Notes: generated from the letters alone by a model not told the origin. Positions 37,063 to 51,743 are shown, counted from the stretch's first letter. The stretch is 64,000 bases of DNA from Mobula hypostoma (GCF_963921235.1 NC_086097.1:164612001-164676000); one strand, 5' to 3'. Numbers and translations are program-made.

Positions 37063-38370
37063 TAGAATCAGGTTTAATATCACCAGCATATGTTGTGAAA
37101 TTTGTTATCTTTGCAGCAGCAGTACAATGCAATACATAATAATAGAGAAAAGCAGTGAATTGCAGTAAAAAAATATATATATATGTAATATAAAATAGTT
37201 AAATTAAGTAAGCAGTCCAAAAAATAGAAATAAAATGTAGTGAGGTGGTGTTCATGGATTCCATGTCCAGTTGGAAATCAGTTGGCAGAGGGGAAGAAGT
37301 CGTTCCTCAATTATTGAGTGTGTGCCTTCAGGCTTCTGAACCTCCTTCCTGATTGTAGCAATGAGAAGAGGACGTGTGCTGGGTGTAGGGGTCCTTGGTG
37401 ATGTACAGCACCTTTTTGAGTCATCGCTTCTTGAAGATGTCCTGGATACTACAGATGCTAGTGCCCATGATGGAACAGACTAAATTTACAACTCTCTGCA
37501 GCTTACTTTGATCCTGTGCAGTCGCCTACCCCACCATACCAGACGGTGAGGCAGCCATTTAGAATGCTCTCCACGGTACATCTGTAGAAACTTGCGAGTG
37601 CTTTAGGTGACATACCAAATTTCCTCACACTCGTAATGAAATGTAGCTGCTGTTGTGCCTTCTTTATAGCTGCATTGAAATGTTGGGTCCAGGTCAGATC
37701 CTCAGAGATATTGACACCCAGGAACTTGAAATTCCTCACTCTTTCCACTTCTGATCCCTATAAGAAAACACCCACTTATGAGAAAACACAGAAAAAAAGG
37801 TGTCAGGGTAAATCCTCCAGAGTAAAGGGAATGAGGTGTGAAATAAAAAATAAATAAATAAATAATAAATATCGAAAACATGAAGAGTCCCTGAAAGTGA
37901 GAATATAGGTTGTGGGAACATTTCAATGATGAGGCAAGTAAAGTTGAGTGATGTTATCCCCTTTGGTTCAAGTGCCCGAAGGTAGATGGATAATAATTGT
38001 TCCTGAATCCGGTGGTCTGGGGTGATGTCATCAGCAAACTTGAATATATGGCTTTGAAGGTGTGCTTAGCCACACAGTTATAGATGTAAAGTGAGTAGAG
38101 TGGGGGTCTAAACACACAGCCTTGATGGAGTTTGAAGAGGAGATGTTGCCAATTCCAACGGACTGGGGTGTGCAAGTAAGCAAATCCAGGATTCAATTTC
38201 ACAAAGAGGCAATGAGATCTTGAAGCTTATTGATTAGTTTTGAGGGTGATGATAGTGAATGCGGAGCTGTTGTCAATAAAGAGCATCCTGATGTATGCAG
38301 TGTTGTTATACACTTGTTCCAGGGTTGAGTGAAGAGCGAATGAGATGCCATCTGCTGTGGACCTGTTGCT
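37063..38370 (-). mobile_element. Cluster of Rex1/Babar fragments
   Basis: ORF 37503-37748 NFKFLGVNISEDLTW...FYRCTVESIL; RT remnant 38020-38370. Confidence 0.8.
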
Positions 38371-39409
38371 TTAAAGGTTTAAAGATAGACGATCAAAATA
38401 ACCATCAATTGATAGCTTTACAGTGTGTCTTAAAGGAAGAGAATTTGGTAGAAAGATGGAGACACTTGTGGAGGGATTCCAGAGCTTTGTTTCCAAGCAT
38501 TTGGAAGAGCAACAACTAGTGGGACAATGATTAAAATGAGAGAGGCTGGAATTAGTAGCGTGTAGGTACTTCGGGGTGGGGAGGGTTGTAAAGGCAGACG
38601 AGATCGCCAGGATGGGCATGGGTAGGAGCACTGAGGGACTTGAAAACAAGGATGATAATTTTAAGACAGCAATATCATTGAAATGAGAATAAATGAAGTC
38701 AGGGACCACAGGGGAGATGAGAAAATAGTTCAGGAAAGTTTCTGGTTTATGCTATAGGGACTCTATAAGTGAAGAACTTCAGTTTTCTGAAGAATCAGAT
38801 CAGAAGAATGAACACACAGCAACTTGCAGAATTGAGTTCAATAAATACGGCAATGTGTGGAGCTTTATTAGAAACAAATGACCGTGAAAATTGAAAAATT
38901 GTTGTTAGAAAACCAGCTGGTTTATTGATTCACTTCTGAGAAGGATACCTTCCTGGCCTGGTTTGTGTATGGCTGAAGCCCACTTTGTGTGAGTGGCTCT
39001 TCATCGTGCCCTGTGTAATGGTGTCACAAGCCACAGGATGGGCAAGTGTAAGACCATTAAAATATTAACTGACCATGAACATAATCCTACAGCACTACTT
39101 TGAAGTGAGAGTAGCTGAGTGAGACAAGAAAACAAACCTCAGAAAGATTGAAGAATAAATTTAAAACAGAAACACAGCCGTTAATGGTTGAAGTGGTCTG
39201 CCGGAAAATGCTGAGCAAGGGAAGCAGAACTGCTCAAAATCCATTTGCTTGCTTTCATTAGGAGAATTGGATTAAAGTTGGGATGAGCTCCTGTGGGCCA
39301 CGTGATCTGTCTATCTGTTTATTGTGTTAATTGTCAAGATCAGGACCTACATTGTGATCAGAATGGTGGTTTCTAAGATCACGTAGATTCAGACTCTATT
39401 CTTTCTATA

Positions 39410-39975
39410 ATAATTGATCTGGGAATACAGGATCCATAATTCCCTGAAAGTGACATCACATCTAGATGGGATTATAGAGAGATCTTTTGACATATTGGCT
39501 TTCATAAATCAGAATACTGAGTACAGAAATTGGGATGTTACGTTGAATTTCTACAAGATGTTGGTGAGGCTGGATTTGGAGTATTGTGTGGAGTTCTGCT
39601 CCCCTACCTATAGGAATAATATCAATAGACTTGAAAGATAGCAGAAAATGTTTACAAGAATGTTAGTGGGACATGTGAACCTGAGTAATAGGAAAAGTTA
39701 GGACTTTATTTACTGGAGTATAGCAGAATAAGGGAAGATCTTATCGAGGTCTACAAAAATTTTGATAGGAATAGATAGGGTAAACGTAAACAGGCTTTTT
39801 TCACTGAGGCTGGGTGAGTCTAGACCTAGAGGTCATAATTAAGGATGAAAGGTGAAATATTTAAAGGGAATTTGAGGGGGAAAGGAAATCTGCTTCACTA
39901 AGAGGGTGGTGCGTGTGTGGATACGAGTTCAATTGCAACATTCAGCAGAAGTTTAGATGGGTACATGGATGAGAG
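39410..39975 (+). mobile_element. Degraded CR1 3' part, interrupted by Penelope copy 2 (resumes ~41870-41970)
   Basis: YKMLVRLDLEYCVEF motif; CR1 3' UTR continues after the Penelope. Confidence 0.8.
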
Positions 39976-39982
39976 GAACTGG

Positions 39983-41868
39983 TTTCTGCATACCTCGACA
40001 CGGTTTTATCCCCCCTTGTTCAATCCCTTCCTACCTATGTTCATGACACTTCTCATGCTCTTAAACTTTTCGATGATTTTAAGTTCCCTGGCCCCCACTG
40101 CTTTACTTTCACCATGGATGTCCAGTCCCTATATACTTCCATCCCCCATCAGGAAGGTCTCAAAGCTCTCCGCTTCTTTTTGGATTCCAGACCTAATCAG
40201 TTCCCCTCTACCACCACTCTGCTCCGTCTCGCGGAATTAGTCCTTACTTTTAATAATTTCTCCATTCGCTTCTCCCACTTCTTCCAAACTAAAGGTGTAG
40301 CTATGGGCACCCATATGGGTCCTAGCTATGCCTGCCTTTTTGTTGGCTTTGTGGAACAATCTATTTTCCAAACCTATTCTGGTATCTGTCCCCCAATTTT
40401 CCTTCGCTACATCGAAGACTGCATTGGCTCTGCTTCCTGCACACATGCTGAGCTTGTTGACTTCATTAACTTTGCCTCCAACTTTCACCCTGCCCTCAAG
40501 TTTACCTGGTCCATTTCCGACACCTCCCTCCCCTTTCTAGATCTTTCTGTGTCTATCTCTGGAGACAGCTTATCTACTGATGTCTACTATAAGCTCATGG
40601 ACTCTCACAGCTATCTGGACTATTCCTCTTCCCACCCTGTTACCTGTAAAAATGCCATCCCCTTCTCGCAATTCCTCCGTCTCCGCCGCATCTGCTCTCT
40701 GGATGAGGCTTTTCATTCTAGGACGAGGGAGATGTCCTCCTTTTTTTAAAGAAAGGGGCTTCCCTTCCTCCACCATCAACTCTGCTCTCAAACGCATCTC
40801 CCCCATTTCACACACATCTGCTCTCACTCCATCCTCCTGCCACCCCACTAGGAATAGGGTTCCCCCGGACTTCACCTACCACCCCACCAGCCTCCGGGTC
40901 CAACATATTATTCTCCGTAACTTCCGCCACCTCCAACGGGATCCCACCACTAAGCACACCTTTCCCTCCCCCCGCCCCGCTTTCTACAGGGATCGCTTCC
41001 TACGCGACTCCCTTGTCCATTTGTCCCCCCAATCCCTCCCCACTGATCTCCCTCCCGGCACTTATCCTTGTAAGCGGAACAAGTGCTACACATGCCCTTA
41101 CACTTCCTCCCTTACCACCATTCAGGGCCCCAGACAGTCCTTCCAGGTGAGGCGACACTTCACCTGTGAGTCGGCTGGGGTGATATACTGCGTCCGGTGC
41201 TCCCGATGTGGCCTTCTATATATTGGCGAGACCCGACGCAGACTGGGAGATCGTTTCACTCAACACCTACGCTCTGTCTGCCAGAGAAAGCAGGATCTCC
41301 CAGTGGCCACATATTTTAATTTCACATCCCATTCCCATTCTGATACGTCTATCCACGGCCTCCTCTACTGTCAAGATGAAGCCACATTCAGGTTGGAGGA
41401 ACAACACCTTATATTCTGTCTGGGTAGCCTCCAACCTGATGGCATGAACATTGACTTCTCAAACTTCCGCTAAGGCCCCACCTCCCCCTCGTACCCCATC
41501 TGTTATTTATTTATATACACACATTCTTTCTCTCTCTCTCCTTTTTCTCCCTCTGTCCCTATGACTATACCCCTTGCCCATCCTCTGGGTTTTCCCCCCC
41601 CTCCCACTTTTCCTTCTCCCTGGGCCTCCTGTCCCATGATCCTCTCATATCCCTTTTGCCAATCAACTGTCCAGCTCTTGGCTCTATCCCTCCCCCTCCT
41701 GTCTTCTCCTATCATTTTGGATCTCCCCCTCCCCCTCCCACTTTCAAATCTCTTACTAGCTCTTCCTTCAGTTAGTCCCGACGAAGGGTCTCAGCCCGAA
41801 ACATCGACTGTACCTTTTCCTAGAAATGCTACCTGGCCTGCTGCATTCACCAGCAACTTTGATGTGTG
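39983..41868 (+). mobile_element. Penelope-like element copy 2 (RT + GIY-YIG + pLTR with hammerhead 41774-41809)
   Basis: ORFs 40114-40749 and 40580-41473 (VIYCVRC...LYIGET); nearly identical to copy 1. Confidence 0.93.
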
Positions 41869-44094
41869 ATGTATGCTCCAGGTGTTAGCAGAGGGGACTA
41901 CGCAAAGAAAACAGGTTGTCACAGACTGGATGGGCCGAGGGGCCTATTTCTATGCTGTAGTACTTTATGACTATAACTATAATGGGAAATGCAAGGAACA
42001 GCAGGGCAGCCAGCATCTGTGCAAGAAGGACCAGGGTTAATGTTTCAGCTCAAAGATCCTTTGTCAGAACTGAGTTTTTCCTGGAGTTTCAGGTGGTAGA
42101 TGATTGGCAGAATAATTATCAGTACACAGGATTAAATTTTGGAATTAATTATAAACTGGACCATTTCCACTAATGGAACTTTTTATGGTCTTATATTTTT
42201 GGAAAACTAAATTCAGGCGATGTGATGCCCTTGCAACCACAAAAGAACATTTTCCACACATGAAGTGCCAAATAGGCAGTTTATTGGGGATGCTCAAAAT
42301 ACTATATATGCCAGTGTTAAACATATCAAAGAGTAGAAGAGGCCAAAGCAGTTTATCAGTAATGTTTCTGAGTTAATGAGTCATAAGATAGTAACTCACA
42401 ATCTCAGGTATATTCTCCATTCTCCATTCATCATTACTACACACCATAGCTGATTAGGTTTAACTCATTGATTCTTATGTCTGCTGTTTACTGCCAAAAG
42501 TGCAAAGTTTCCAGAATACTTGATTTTGACGTTCTCTGTTGGTTAAGGTTGACCAGGACATTGTGTCCTTACCGTCTACGCGATACGCAAGCCAGGGCAA
42601 TATGAAATGGAGAACGAACTGTTGCCCTAGCTGATGCCCATCGCTCTCTACACAGCTGATGAATCCAGAGGAACAGTAGAGAATGATATAGGTTGGCCAT
42701 GATATAGTGGCATTGCAGGTGTTACCAGTCAGCATTGAACTCAACATAGGACTGTCTACCTCCCCTGGCTGTGACAACTATAAGGAACCGTACTTGATTT
42801 TATCCACAAATAACTCAACCAAATCAAGAAAGTCATGGTAGATTTTACTCAAGTTCAGTGGACACTGAAACCTCAGAGGGTTACGATGGTCATAGACTGT
42901 TGATGTAGTCTCAGGTCTGTGTGCTGATAGTGATTGATGTGGTGCTTTTCTCAGAGTTGGTGCTGAATTGATGGTGCTTTTGTGGGCCCCGTTAGAGTGA
43001 TGATGTTGAGAATTATGCCATTTATCTTTGTCTACATTCTGTGATCATGTATTTGTAATACTGTCAAAGCAAACATCAAGGACACATTCCAGGAGAACCA
43101 AAGCATCAGATAACAGTGGATGTAGTAAATCCAGATTTATTATCCACAACCAATGGCCTGTAAACGAGCTGTTGAGATGCCGCCTTAAGAAACATGCCAG
43201 GATAAGTAAGTAGCCTTGCTGGGCTATTTCTCAGAGGGCAGTTAAGAGTCAGCCACACTTAACTAGGCACTGGTTCACATATAGGCAAATCATCTCCCTA
43301 AAAGACATGAAGTATATCATTGATGCTTTCAGCATTAACAGTACCACATTTTAATTGTAGCTTATTTATTTAATTTAATTTAGATTGTCCAAGCATTATG
43401 CTGTGATTTGAATCTGCATCTCTAGAGTTTTAGTCTAAATTTCTGCCATGGTAGTCTAGTAAGAAAACCTTGGTGCTGGTAAAATGGAAAAGAAGAGATG
43501 AATATAATTTTTAAAAAGTTATTTTGACTTCCTTCCCTACTTAGATTATCATGTATTAGGCAATTGGTATAACTTCCATAAAGGGTACCACGACCTTCCA
43601 TAGAGTCTCCAAACGGCCATAATTGATGGTGAGATTGAAATGAGCAAGTACTGCCCCATTACATATTAGAGAATGTTTTTGCTATGGAAAAGAAAATCTA
43701 AAAAGTGTACCATTTTTACCTTTTTTTTTGCTGATGTTGTGCTGATTGGTTTTGAATATAAGTTCCAAATATACTATATTGATTTGACCAGGCAGTTATG
43801 CTGGAAATTAACATTATTTTTGATTATTCAGAACTTTTCATCTGAAGTGAATTTATGCAGAGTTCAGAGGGATGTGGGCCAAATGTGGCTAACTCAGTTG
43901 GACATCATGGATGCGTTGGGCCAGATGGCACGTTCCTGTGCTGTATCATTCTGTGATAATCAATTTAAACAGCTTGATAATAGCAAGCAAGGGTAAGATT
44001 TAAAATTGAGTGGGGGACTTTTCCACTTCTGATCTTTTCTGATTAGGGTTTTCAGTTGCTGACATTAACTCATTCTTCCCATGACTCTTTCCAG

Positions 44095-47000
44095 AATTGA
44101 TTAGACACCTTAAGGGAAAAGAACCCTTAGGGGCAAGTGATCATAATATGATCAAATTCAGCCTGCAATCTGAGGAGGAGAAGCTAAAGTCAGATGTATC
44201 AGTATTACAGTGGAGTAAAGGGAATTACAGAGGCATGAAAGAAGAGTTGACCAGAATTGACTGGAAAAGGACACTGGCAGGGATGATAGCAGAATGGCAG
44301 TGGCTGGAATTTCTGGAAGCAATTCAGAAGACACAGGATATATACATATGAACGAGGAAGAAATATTCTAAAGGAAAGATGACACAGCCGTGGCTAATAA
44401 AAGAAATCAAAGCCAACATAAAAGCCAAAGAGAGGGCATATTATAGGGCAAAAATTAGTTGGAAGTTAGAGGATTGGGAAGCTTTTAAAAACCAACGGAA
44501 GGCAACATGAAATACGAAAGCAAGCTAGCCAGTAATATTGAAGAGGATATCAAAAGTTTCTTCAGATAAGTAAAGTGTAAATGAGAGGCGAGATATCAGA
44601 CCGCTGGAAAACAATGCTGGAGGTGTAGTAAAGAAAGACAAGGAAGTAGTGGACAGACTGAGTAAGTATTTTGCATCAGTCTTCACTGTGAAAGACACTA
44701 GCAATATGGTGAAGTTCCAGATATCAGGGGTCATGAAGTGTGTGAAGTTACCATAACTAGAGAGAAAGTTCTTGGGAAACTGAAAGGTTGTGAAGGTAGA
44801 TAAGTCAAGTGGGCCAGATGGTATACACCCCATAGTTCTGAAAGAGGTGGCTGTAGAGATTGTGGAAGCATTAGTAATGATCTTTCAAGAATCAATAGAT
44901 TCTGGAATGGTTCTAGATGACTGGAAAATTGCAAATGTTACTCCACTCTTCAAGAAAGGAGAGAAGCAGAAGAAAGGAAACTGTTGGCCAGTTAGTCTGA
45001 CTTCAGTGGTTGGGAAGATGTTGTTGATTATTAAGGATGAGGATTTAGGGTGCTTAGAGGCACCAGGTTTCCTCAAGGGAAAATCTTGCCTGACAAATGT
45101 GTTGGAATTCTTTGAAGAAATAACAAGAAGGATAGACAAAGGAGAATTAGTTGAAGTTGTGTACTTGGATTTTCAGAAGATCTTTGACAAGGTGCCAAAC
45201 ATGAGACTTCTTAACAAGTTATGAGCCCATGGTATTACAGGTAGAGCCCCCTTCAACTCTGAAAATGCGGCTTGTTAGTCCCTCGCTAACAGTGATAAAC
45301 TCACCTTTCTCAGGCTTCATACGTCTAGGATGTATACAACTTTGGTTCCACCATATCCATGAGATTGGGATGTGTCTTCCACCCAAACCCCAGTTTGCTT
45401 GAATGCTGTGTGATTTACTGTCCTGCAATAGCCCATTGGCATGAAATAACAGATTGCACACTGCATACAATTATAAAGGAGTATATTTATGAACATTAAC
45501 CAAAAAGTTAGTAAAGAAAAGAAAAAAACAAAAAGTGCCCATTATAATTAAACAGTCAAATGTGCAATTAAATTGGAGCTCATCTTGAAGTTGTCTATCA
45601 CTCATACACTGGACCCTCAGTCTGCTTGAAAGCGCACACCACCTTCCAAATCTCGAACAAATGGGTCTCCCTTGGGAGTGTTGGTCCTTTCTCGTTGAAG
45701 CCATTCATCTGCACAAAGCACCTTGTGGAACAGTGACGGCATCATCCACCATCTTTTCTCCCTGTCTTCTCCCAGCTCCCACCAACAACGACCTTCAACC
45801 CAGCATTCTCCAGAACCTTCTTCCAATTCCACTATCCTGAATGGCTGACAGCACATTCCTAAATTGAATAACAAGCCTCTTATCTTAGCTTAAACCCAAA
45901 CAAGCTAAAGCCAGAACAGACTGCTCTTACAGAACTGCTAAAATGAAATACCTACAGCATAGCAGTAAAAATCTTAAGCAGAGCATTACACAAGAAAGCT
46001 TCTAGCTTGGATAAAGCAGTGAAACTGATTGGCAGGAGGCAAAGAGTGGGAATAAAGGGAGCCTTTTCTGAATGGCTGCCTGTAACTAGTGGTTTTCCAC
46101 AGGGGTCTGTGTTGGGACTGATTGCTTTTACATTGTATGTCAGTGATTTGGATGATGGAATTGAAGGCTTTGCTGCAAAGTTTGCAGATGATTTGAAGAT
46201 AGGTAGAGGCACAGGTAGTCTTGAGGAATTAGAGACTACAGAAGGACTTAAACAGAATGGGCAAAGAAATGGCAGATGGAATAGTGTCGGGAAGTTTATG
46301 GTGATGCACTTTGGTAGAAGAAATGAAAGGGTTGACTATATTCTAAATTGAGAAAAAATGCTAATAAAAACTGAGGTGCAAATGGACTTGGGAGTCCTTG
46401 TGCAGGATTCCCTAAAGGTTACTTTTCAAATTGAGTCTGTGGTGAGGAAGGCAAATGCAATGTTAGCTTTCGTTTCAAGAGGACTAGAATATACAGTAAA
46501 AGCAAGGATGTAATGTTGAGACTTTATAAAACACTGGTGAGGCCTCACTTGGAGTATTGTGAGCAGGTTTGGGCCCCTTTTCTTAGAATGGATGTGCTGA
46601 AACTGGAAAGGGTTCAAAGGAGGTTCATGAAAATGACTCCAGGGTTAAATGGCTTGTCCTATGATGAGTGTTTGATGGCTCTGGGCTTCAATTCACTAGA
46701 ATTCAGAAGAATGAGGGGTGACCTCATTGAAACCTATCAAATGGTGATAGGCCTTGATAGAGTGGATGTGGAGAGGATGTTTACCATGGTGGGAGATCTA
46801 AAACCAGAGGACGCAGCCTTAGAATAGAAGGGCTTTTACAATGGAGATGAAGAGGAATTTCTTTAGCCATAGAGTGGTGAATCCATGGAATTCTTTGCCT
46901 CAGACAGCTATGAAGGCCGCGTCTTTATGTATATTTAAGGCAGCGGTTGATAGATTCTTGACTGGTCAGGGCATGAAGTGATATGGGGAGAAGGCAGGGG

Positions 47001-47095
47001 ATGGGGCAGAGAGAAAAATTGGATCAGCCACACTGAAATGGCAGAGTAGACTTGATGGGCCAAATGGCCTAATTCTGCTCCTATATCTTATGGTC
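44095..47095 (+). mobile_element. Degraded CR1 LINE (EN C-terminus, RT, 3' end) split by an LTR-like insertion
   Basis: LGASDHNMI, KSSGPDGIHP, DWKIANVTPLFKKG, YLDFQKIFDKV, PQGSVLG, KFADD, LVRPHLEYC. Confidence 0.9.
45242..45990 (-). mobile_element. Solo-LTR-like insertion within CR1
   Basis: CR1 reading is interrupted exactly here; minus strand begins TGTAATG; imperfect 4-bp TSD cagg/caag; no ORF. Confidence 0.55.
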
Positions 47096-47096
47096 G

Positions 47097-47712
47097 TATA
47101 GTCATAGTCATACTTTATTGATCCCGGGGGAAATTGGTTTTCGTTACAGTTGCACCATAAATAATAAATAGTAATAAAACCATAAATAGTTAAATAGTAA
47201 TATGTAAATTATGCCAGGAAATAAGTCCAGGACCAGCCTATTGGCTCAGGGTGTCTGACCCTCCAAGGGAGGAGTTGTAAAGTTTGATGGCCACAGGCAG
47301 GAATGACTTCCTATGACGCTCTGTGTTGCATCTTGGTGGAATGAGTCTTTTGCTGAATGTACTCCTGTGCCCAACCAGTCCATTATGTAGTGGATGGGAG
47401 ACATTGTCCAAGATGGCATGCAACTTGGACAGCATCCTCTTTTCAGACACCATCGTCAGAGAGTCCAGTTCCATCCCCACAACATCACTGGCCTTATGAA
47501 TGAGTTGTTGATTCTGTTAGTGTCTGCTACCCTCAGCCTGCTGCCCCAGCACACAACAGCAAACATGATAGCACTGGCCACCACAGACTCGTAGAACATC
47601 CTCAGCATCGTCCGGCAGATGTTAAAGGACCTCAGTCTCCTCAGGAAATAGAGATGGCTCTGACCCTTCTTGTAGATAGCCTCAGTGTTCTTTGACCAGT
47701 CCGCTTTATTGT
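47097..47712 (-). mobile_element. Rex1/Babar 3' fragment, same young family as 10660-11636
   Basis: Near-identical sequence and (TATGAC)n tail. Confidence 0.9.
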
Positions 47713-47911
47713 CCCTTTCCCTGGTCACGTAGTCGACTGCTGGGTAAAATTAAATCCACCATTACCTGATTTATTAAGGCCTTATTTCTTTTAGTACTGC
47801 TGTTTGGCAAAACTCATTTGCCTAGTTTGAGCCTAGGCTTTGGAACAATATGAAATAATACTTTGCATAAATAGTGAGAGGCATGTTGGAGCTCTGTGAT
47901 TTGTCATAAAC

Positions 47912-48500
47912 CAGTGGTCCCCAACCTCCAGGCCGCGGACCGATACCGGGCCGCGAAGCATGCAGGGGTGCAGCAGTAGCTGGAGTGCACCCAGCACATC
48001 CTTAAGAAAAAGCCGAAATAAACAAGCTAATTAATTAGGTGCCGCCCAGAAGCCAGTCCTCATTAGAGAAACTGAGGTGGAGAGGGTCAATGACTTTAAG
48101 TACTTCGGCATTGAGAATCAGCGTTTCTCTCGCTGAAAAGTATCAGATGATCTGTCCTGGGACCAGCACGTTACTGTCATTACAAAGAAAGCATGGCAGC
48201 GCCTATACTTTATTAGAAGTTTGTGTAGATTCAACATGTCACCTTGATCCTGACAGCCCTGTCTTTTCAGCCTGTCTGGGCTGGCATTTAAATTGACCAA
48301 ACAATGGAACAGCTAAAGGCTCCAACGCCCTGGAAAGAGGAATGAACATCGCGTAGAGCAAGTGAAATTTGCAATTGCCTCTGATCTGGGCTGGGCTGAC
48401 ATTTACGTGCTGGGCGGCTCCTAATTAATTAGCTACCGCTGCACCCCTGCACACTTCACGGCCCGGTATCAGTCCGCAGCCCTGAGTTTGGGGACCACTG
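47912..48500. mobile_element. hAT MITE with long inverted arms and foreign internal DNA
   Basis: TIR cagtggtccccaa / ttggggaccactg; 8-bp TSD tcataaac / tcatagac (47904-47911 / 48501-48508); arms inverted for over 100 bp. Confidence 0.85.
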
Positions 48501-48856
48501 TCATAGACAATACAACGAGAAGTAATATCCTTGTCAGTACTGTAGCAATGATATTATGAAAAAACAAATATTTGATTTGAGTTGTCATATTGAAGACATT
48601 TTGACTTGTCAATGAGTTAGAGTAACATCCCTTGAGCTGAATATGGAATCATATAATAAAAAAGACATTGTTTCCAGCTGTAGTAATCTTTGCAAAGGAG
48701 AGCAGGGACTCCCACAACTGATGTAAACACAGCATGTCGGAGGTGTCAGGACTGTACTCATAGTTTCAATAGCTGGCTTTAACTCATTTTTGGCAGTTAA
48801 ACAGTGATAGTTGAGGATTATGGAATCATTCAGCACAAAATAAGTTAATTGAATTC

Positions 48857-49110
48857 AGAATCAGGTTTAATATCGCTGATATATGCCTGAAAGTTTTTTT
48901 AATTTTGTGGCAGCAGTACAGTGTAATACATAAAAAAATTACTAAAAGTTACAATAAGAAATGCATAAAACAAATAAATAGGGCAAAAAGTGAGGCAGTG
49001 TTCATGGACCATTCAGAAACCTGATGGTGGAGGGGAAGAAGCTATTTCTAAAACATTGATTGTACATCTCCAGGCTCCTGTACTTCTTCCCTGATGGCAA
49101 TAATGAGAAG
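48857..49110 (-). mobile_element. Rex1/Babar 3' UTR fragment
   Basis: agaatcaggtttaatatc...gaggggaagaagct as in 37063-37360. Confidence 0.7.
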
Positions 49111-49754
49111 TCAATAACTAATCAGATCAATATGTCAATAAAGTAGCACCATGGCACAGCAGGCAGTGCTGCTGTCTTGCAGCTCCAGGGACCCAAGTTT
49201 GATCCTGCATTTGAGTGCTAATAGTGTGGAGTTTGCCCGTTCTTCTATGAATGCATAGACTTCCACCAATGAAATGCTTCATAGTCATAAAGTTCAAGCA
49301 GGATAAAACATGGGAGCAGGCCCTTCAGCTAAGCAAGTCTGCGCCAAACATCTGTCAACTATTCAGACTAATTATTAATCCATACCAATCCCTAATTTTA
49401 TTCTCAGTAAATTCTCATCAACTCCTCTTCCCGCCCCCCCCCCCCACTAATTCTACCACTCACCTTACACCAGGGGTACTTTTAACTGGCAAATTAACCT
49501 ACCGACCTCACATGCTCTTGGGATCTGTGGAGTTTGCACATTCTCCTGTGAAGGCATGGGTTGCCACCTACGTTCTGCTTAGTAGGTGTAAAGTCCAAGA
49601 GAAATCAGTGCATACCAGTGCCCATGGTCAGGACTGAACCCAGGTCTCTGGCTTTGTGAGGCAAACTCTTTATTGGTGCTTTTGGCCCACTTAGTTTTGT
49701 ATTTGAGGAAAAAAAAGTAAACAAAGAGATGCTGATTAGTTGAGAGCATCTGTG

Positions 49755-50190
49755 TACATAAGAAGATGAGAAATAAAAGCAGAAGTAGGCCATTCAGCCT
49801 CAGTTTCTTAGTCCACTATTTAGTAAGGAATTACCTTCCCGCATTAACCCTATATACCTTGATTCCCTTAATATAAAACTCCTGGAATGTTCACAGCGAC
49901 TGACCCTTCACAGCCTGATTGGCCAGAGAAATACAAAGATTCACCACCCTTTGGGTGCAGAAATATCTGCTCATCTCTGTCCTGAATGACCAATCTCTTA
50001 TTTTGAAAGTGTGATTCTTGGGTCTAGAAAGCCACCCCAGATGAACTATCAACCCTGCATCCTTCTTGTTAAGCCCAATAAGAATTTAATTTGTTTCAAA
50101 GAGATATCCTCTCATTCCTCCAAAATCAAGACTTCATCTCAGCTCACAGGACAGAGCCACCGTCCCAGGAATCAATCCAGCTAACAAAAA
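49755..50190 (-). mobile_element. Degraded CR1 3' end
   Basis: Reverse complement of the CR1 3' UTR (gcagaagtaggccattcagcc, agattcaccaccctttggg). Confidence 0.65.
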
Positions 50191-51743
50191 CAGCAGCAAC
50201 AGAGGTCATAGCCACAATGGAATAGAAATTTGTCTCTGTCGGTCATGCACAGTGAACGGTTCGCATCGACCACCCCACATACTGACTGCCTGATATTCAT
50301 TTCCATTCACTTCCAAGGAACTGATTATCAAGCAGGGAATATAATATATGGTGCCTGGTTAACCATCACCCAACGCATCACTGATTCTATCTATACTGCC
50401 TCAAGAAATTCTGTGACACACAGTAAGAAAGAAGGTCTGTTATTTTAACAGTGTCAACAACTATTGGGAAGTAATATCTAAGTTTTTATTGCTGCTGTAT
50501 TATACATCCATGCCAAAATGTAACACCCCAAGCCTGCCCCCAACCCAGTGTGCTGTGAATATCATTGCTGTAATGAAATTTTACAAATCAGGGTTCATAA
50601 GTTAATGTGAGTTTTCATATGATTAACATTTCCCAGCATACCACAGAATCTTTTCAGAGTGCAGTGCCTGTTACATGCCATTAGAAGGTTCATTGTGAGG
50701 TCCTGGTAAATGATCCTGAAAGAAAAGATGACGTCATTCAGTCTTCAACCTTTGCAGAAGTAAGGCCCTTGAAACTGAGTAACTCAAAGGACTAGAAGTA
50801 CAAGCATCCAGTGGGCAGACTGTGAATCAGTTGTTGGACTTGTCAAGTGAGCTTATGGTGCAATGCCTGAGACATGATCTGCATTCATTTGTGAAGTTAG
50901 AGCTGTGTGCCCCGCGCACTCTTTCTCAAGATTTTCAACTTTTGGAACCAGCTTCTTTTGGATATTATGATTTGTGTTGAGTCATTACTTCACCAAGACC
51001 TTAGGTATCACACTTTCAAAATGAAATGGATCCCGAATCAATAACTCAAGTTACTACACACGTTTTCTGGTCAGCCCAACTCGAGGCAATGATGATATCA
51101 TGTCTGGCTAGGTTTAATACAGTACATAGTTTTAAATAGAGAAGTACAGCTTAGATACAGGCCCTTCAGCCCATCTAGTCCATGCCAAAATAATTTAAAC
51201 TACCTACTCACATCGAATAGCACTGGGACTATAGTCCTTCATATCCCTGCTATCAATGTACCTATCCAAACTTCCCTTAAATGTTGTTCTGTTGTGCACA
51301 ATTCCCAATCTGCAACACTCTCTTTTAATGGTCAGCCAGATAAAAGAAATAGGCAGCACCAGTGAGGATAATCCATTATCCCATGGTTTCTTCTACATGT
51401 TCGGATTGACAAGCCTAGTTTATTTTTGTCATTACTATCTGACGGACTAATTGTGTTTGACTTCATGCTATCGAGTGTTCAAAATCTAAACCGGTGAGTC
51501 TGGTTATGTAATGTAGAACATGGAAGGTTACAGACAAGTATAGGCCCTTTATCCCACCTTGTGTATACTGACCGTGGTGTCTGATTAAACAAATATCACT
51601 GCCTGTATGTGATGTACAGTATATGCCTCTATTTCATGTCTGTCGAAATGCCTCTTAAAGTTTGCTGTTGTACCTACTTCTGTCCCTCACTTGACAGTGC
51701 ACTACCACTCTCAGTGTTTAAAAACTGGCCTCACAAATCTCCT

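Noticed and set aside
40741..40750. TTTTTTA as a programmed -1 frameshift between Penelope RT and endonuclease
   Set aside because: Restoring the frame needs +1, not -1; copy 3 is in frame, so this is homopolymer slippage
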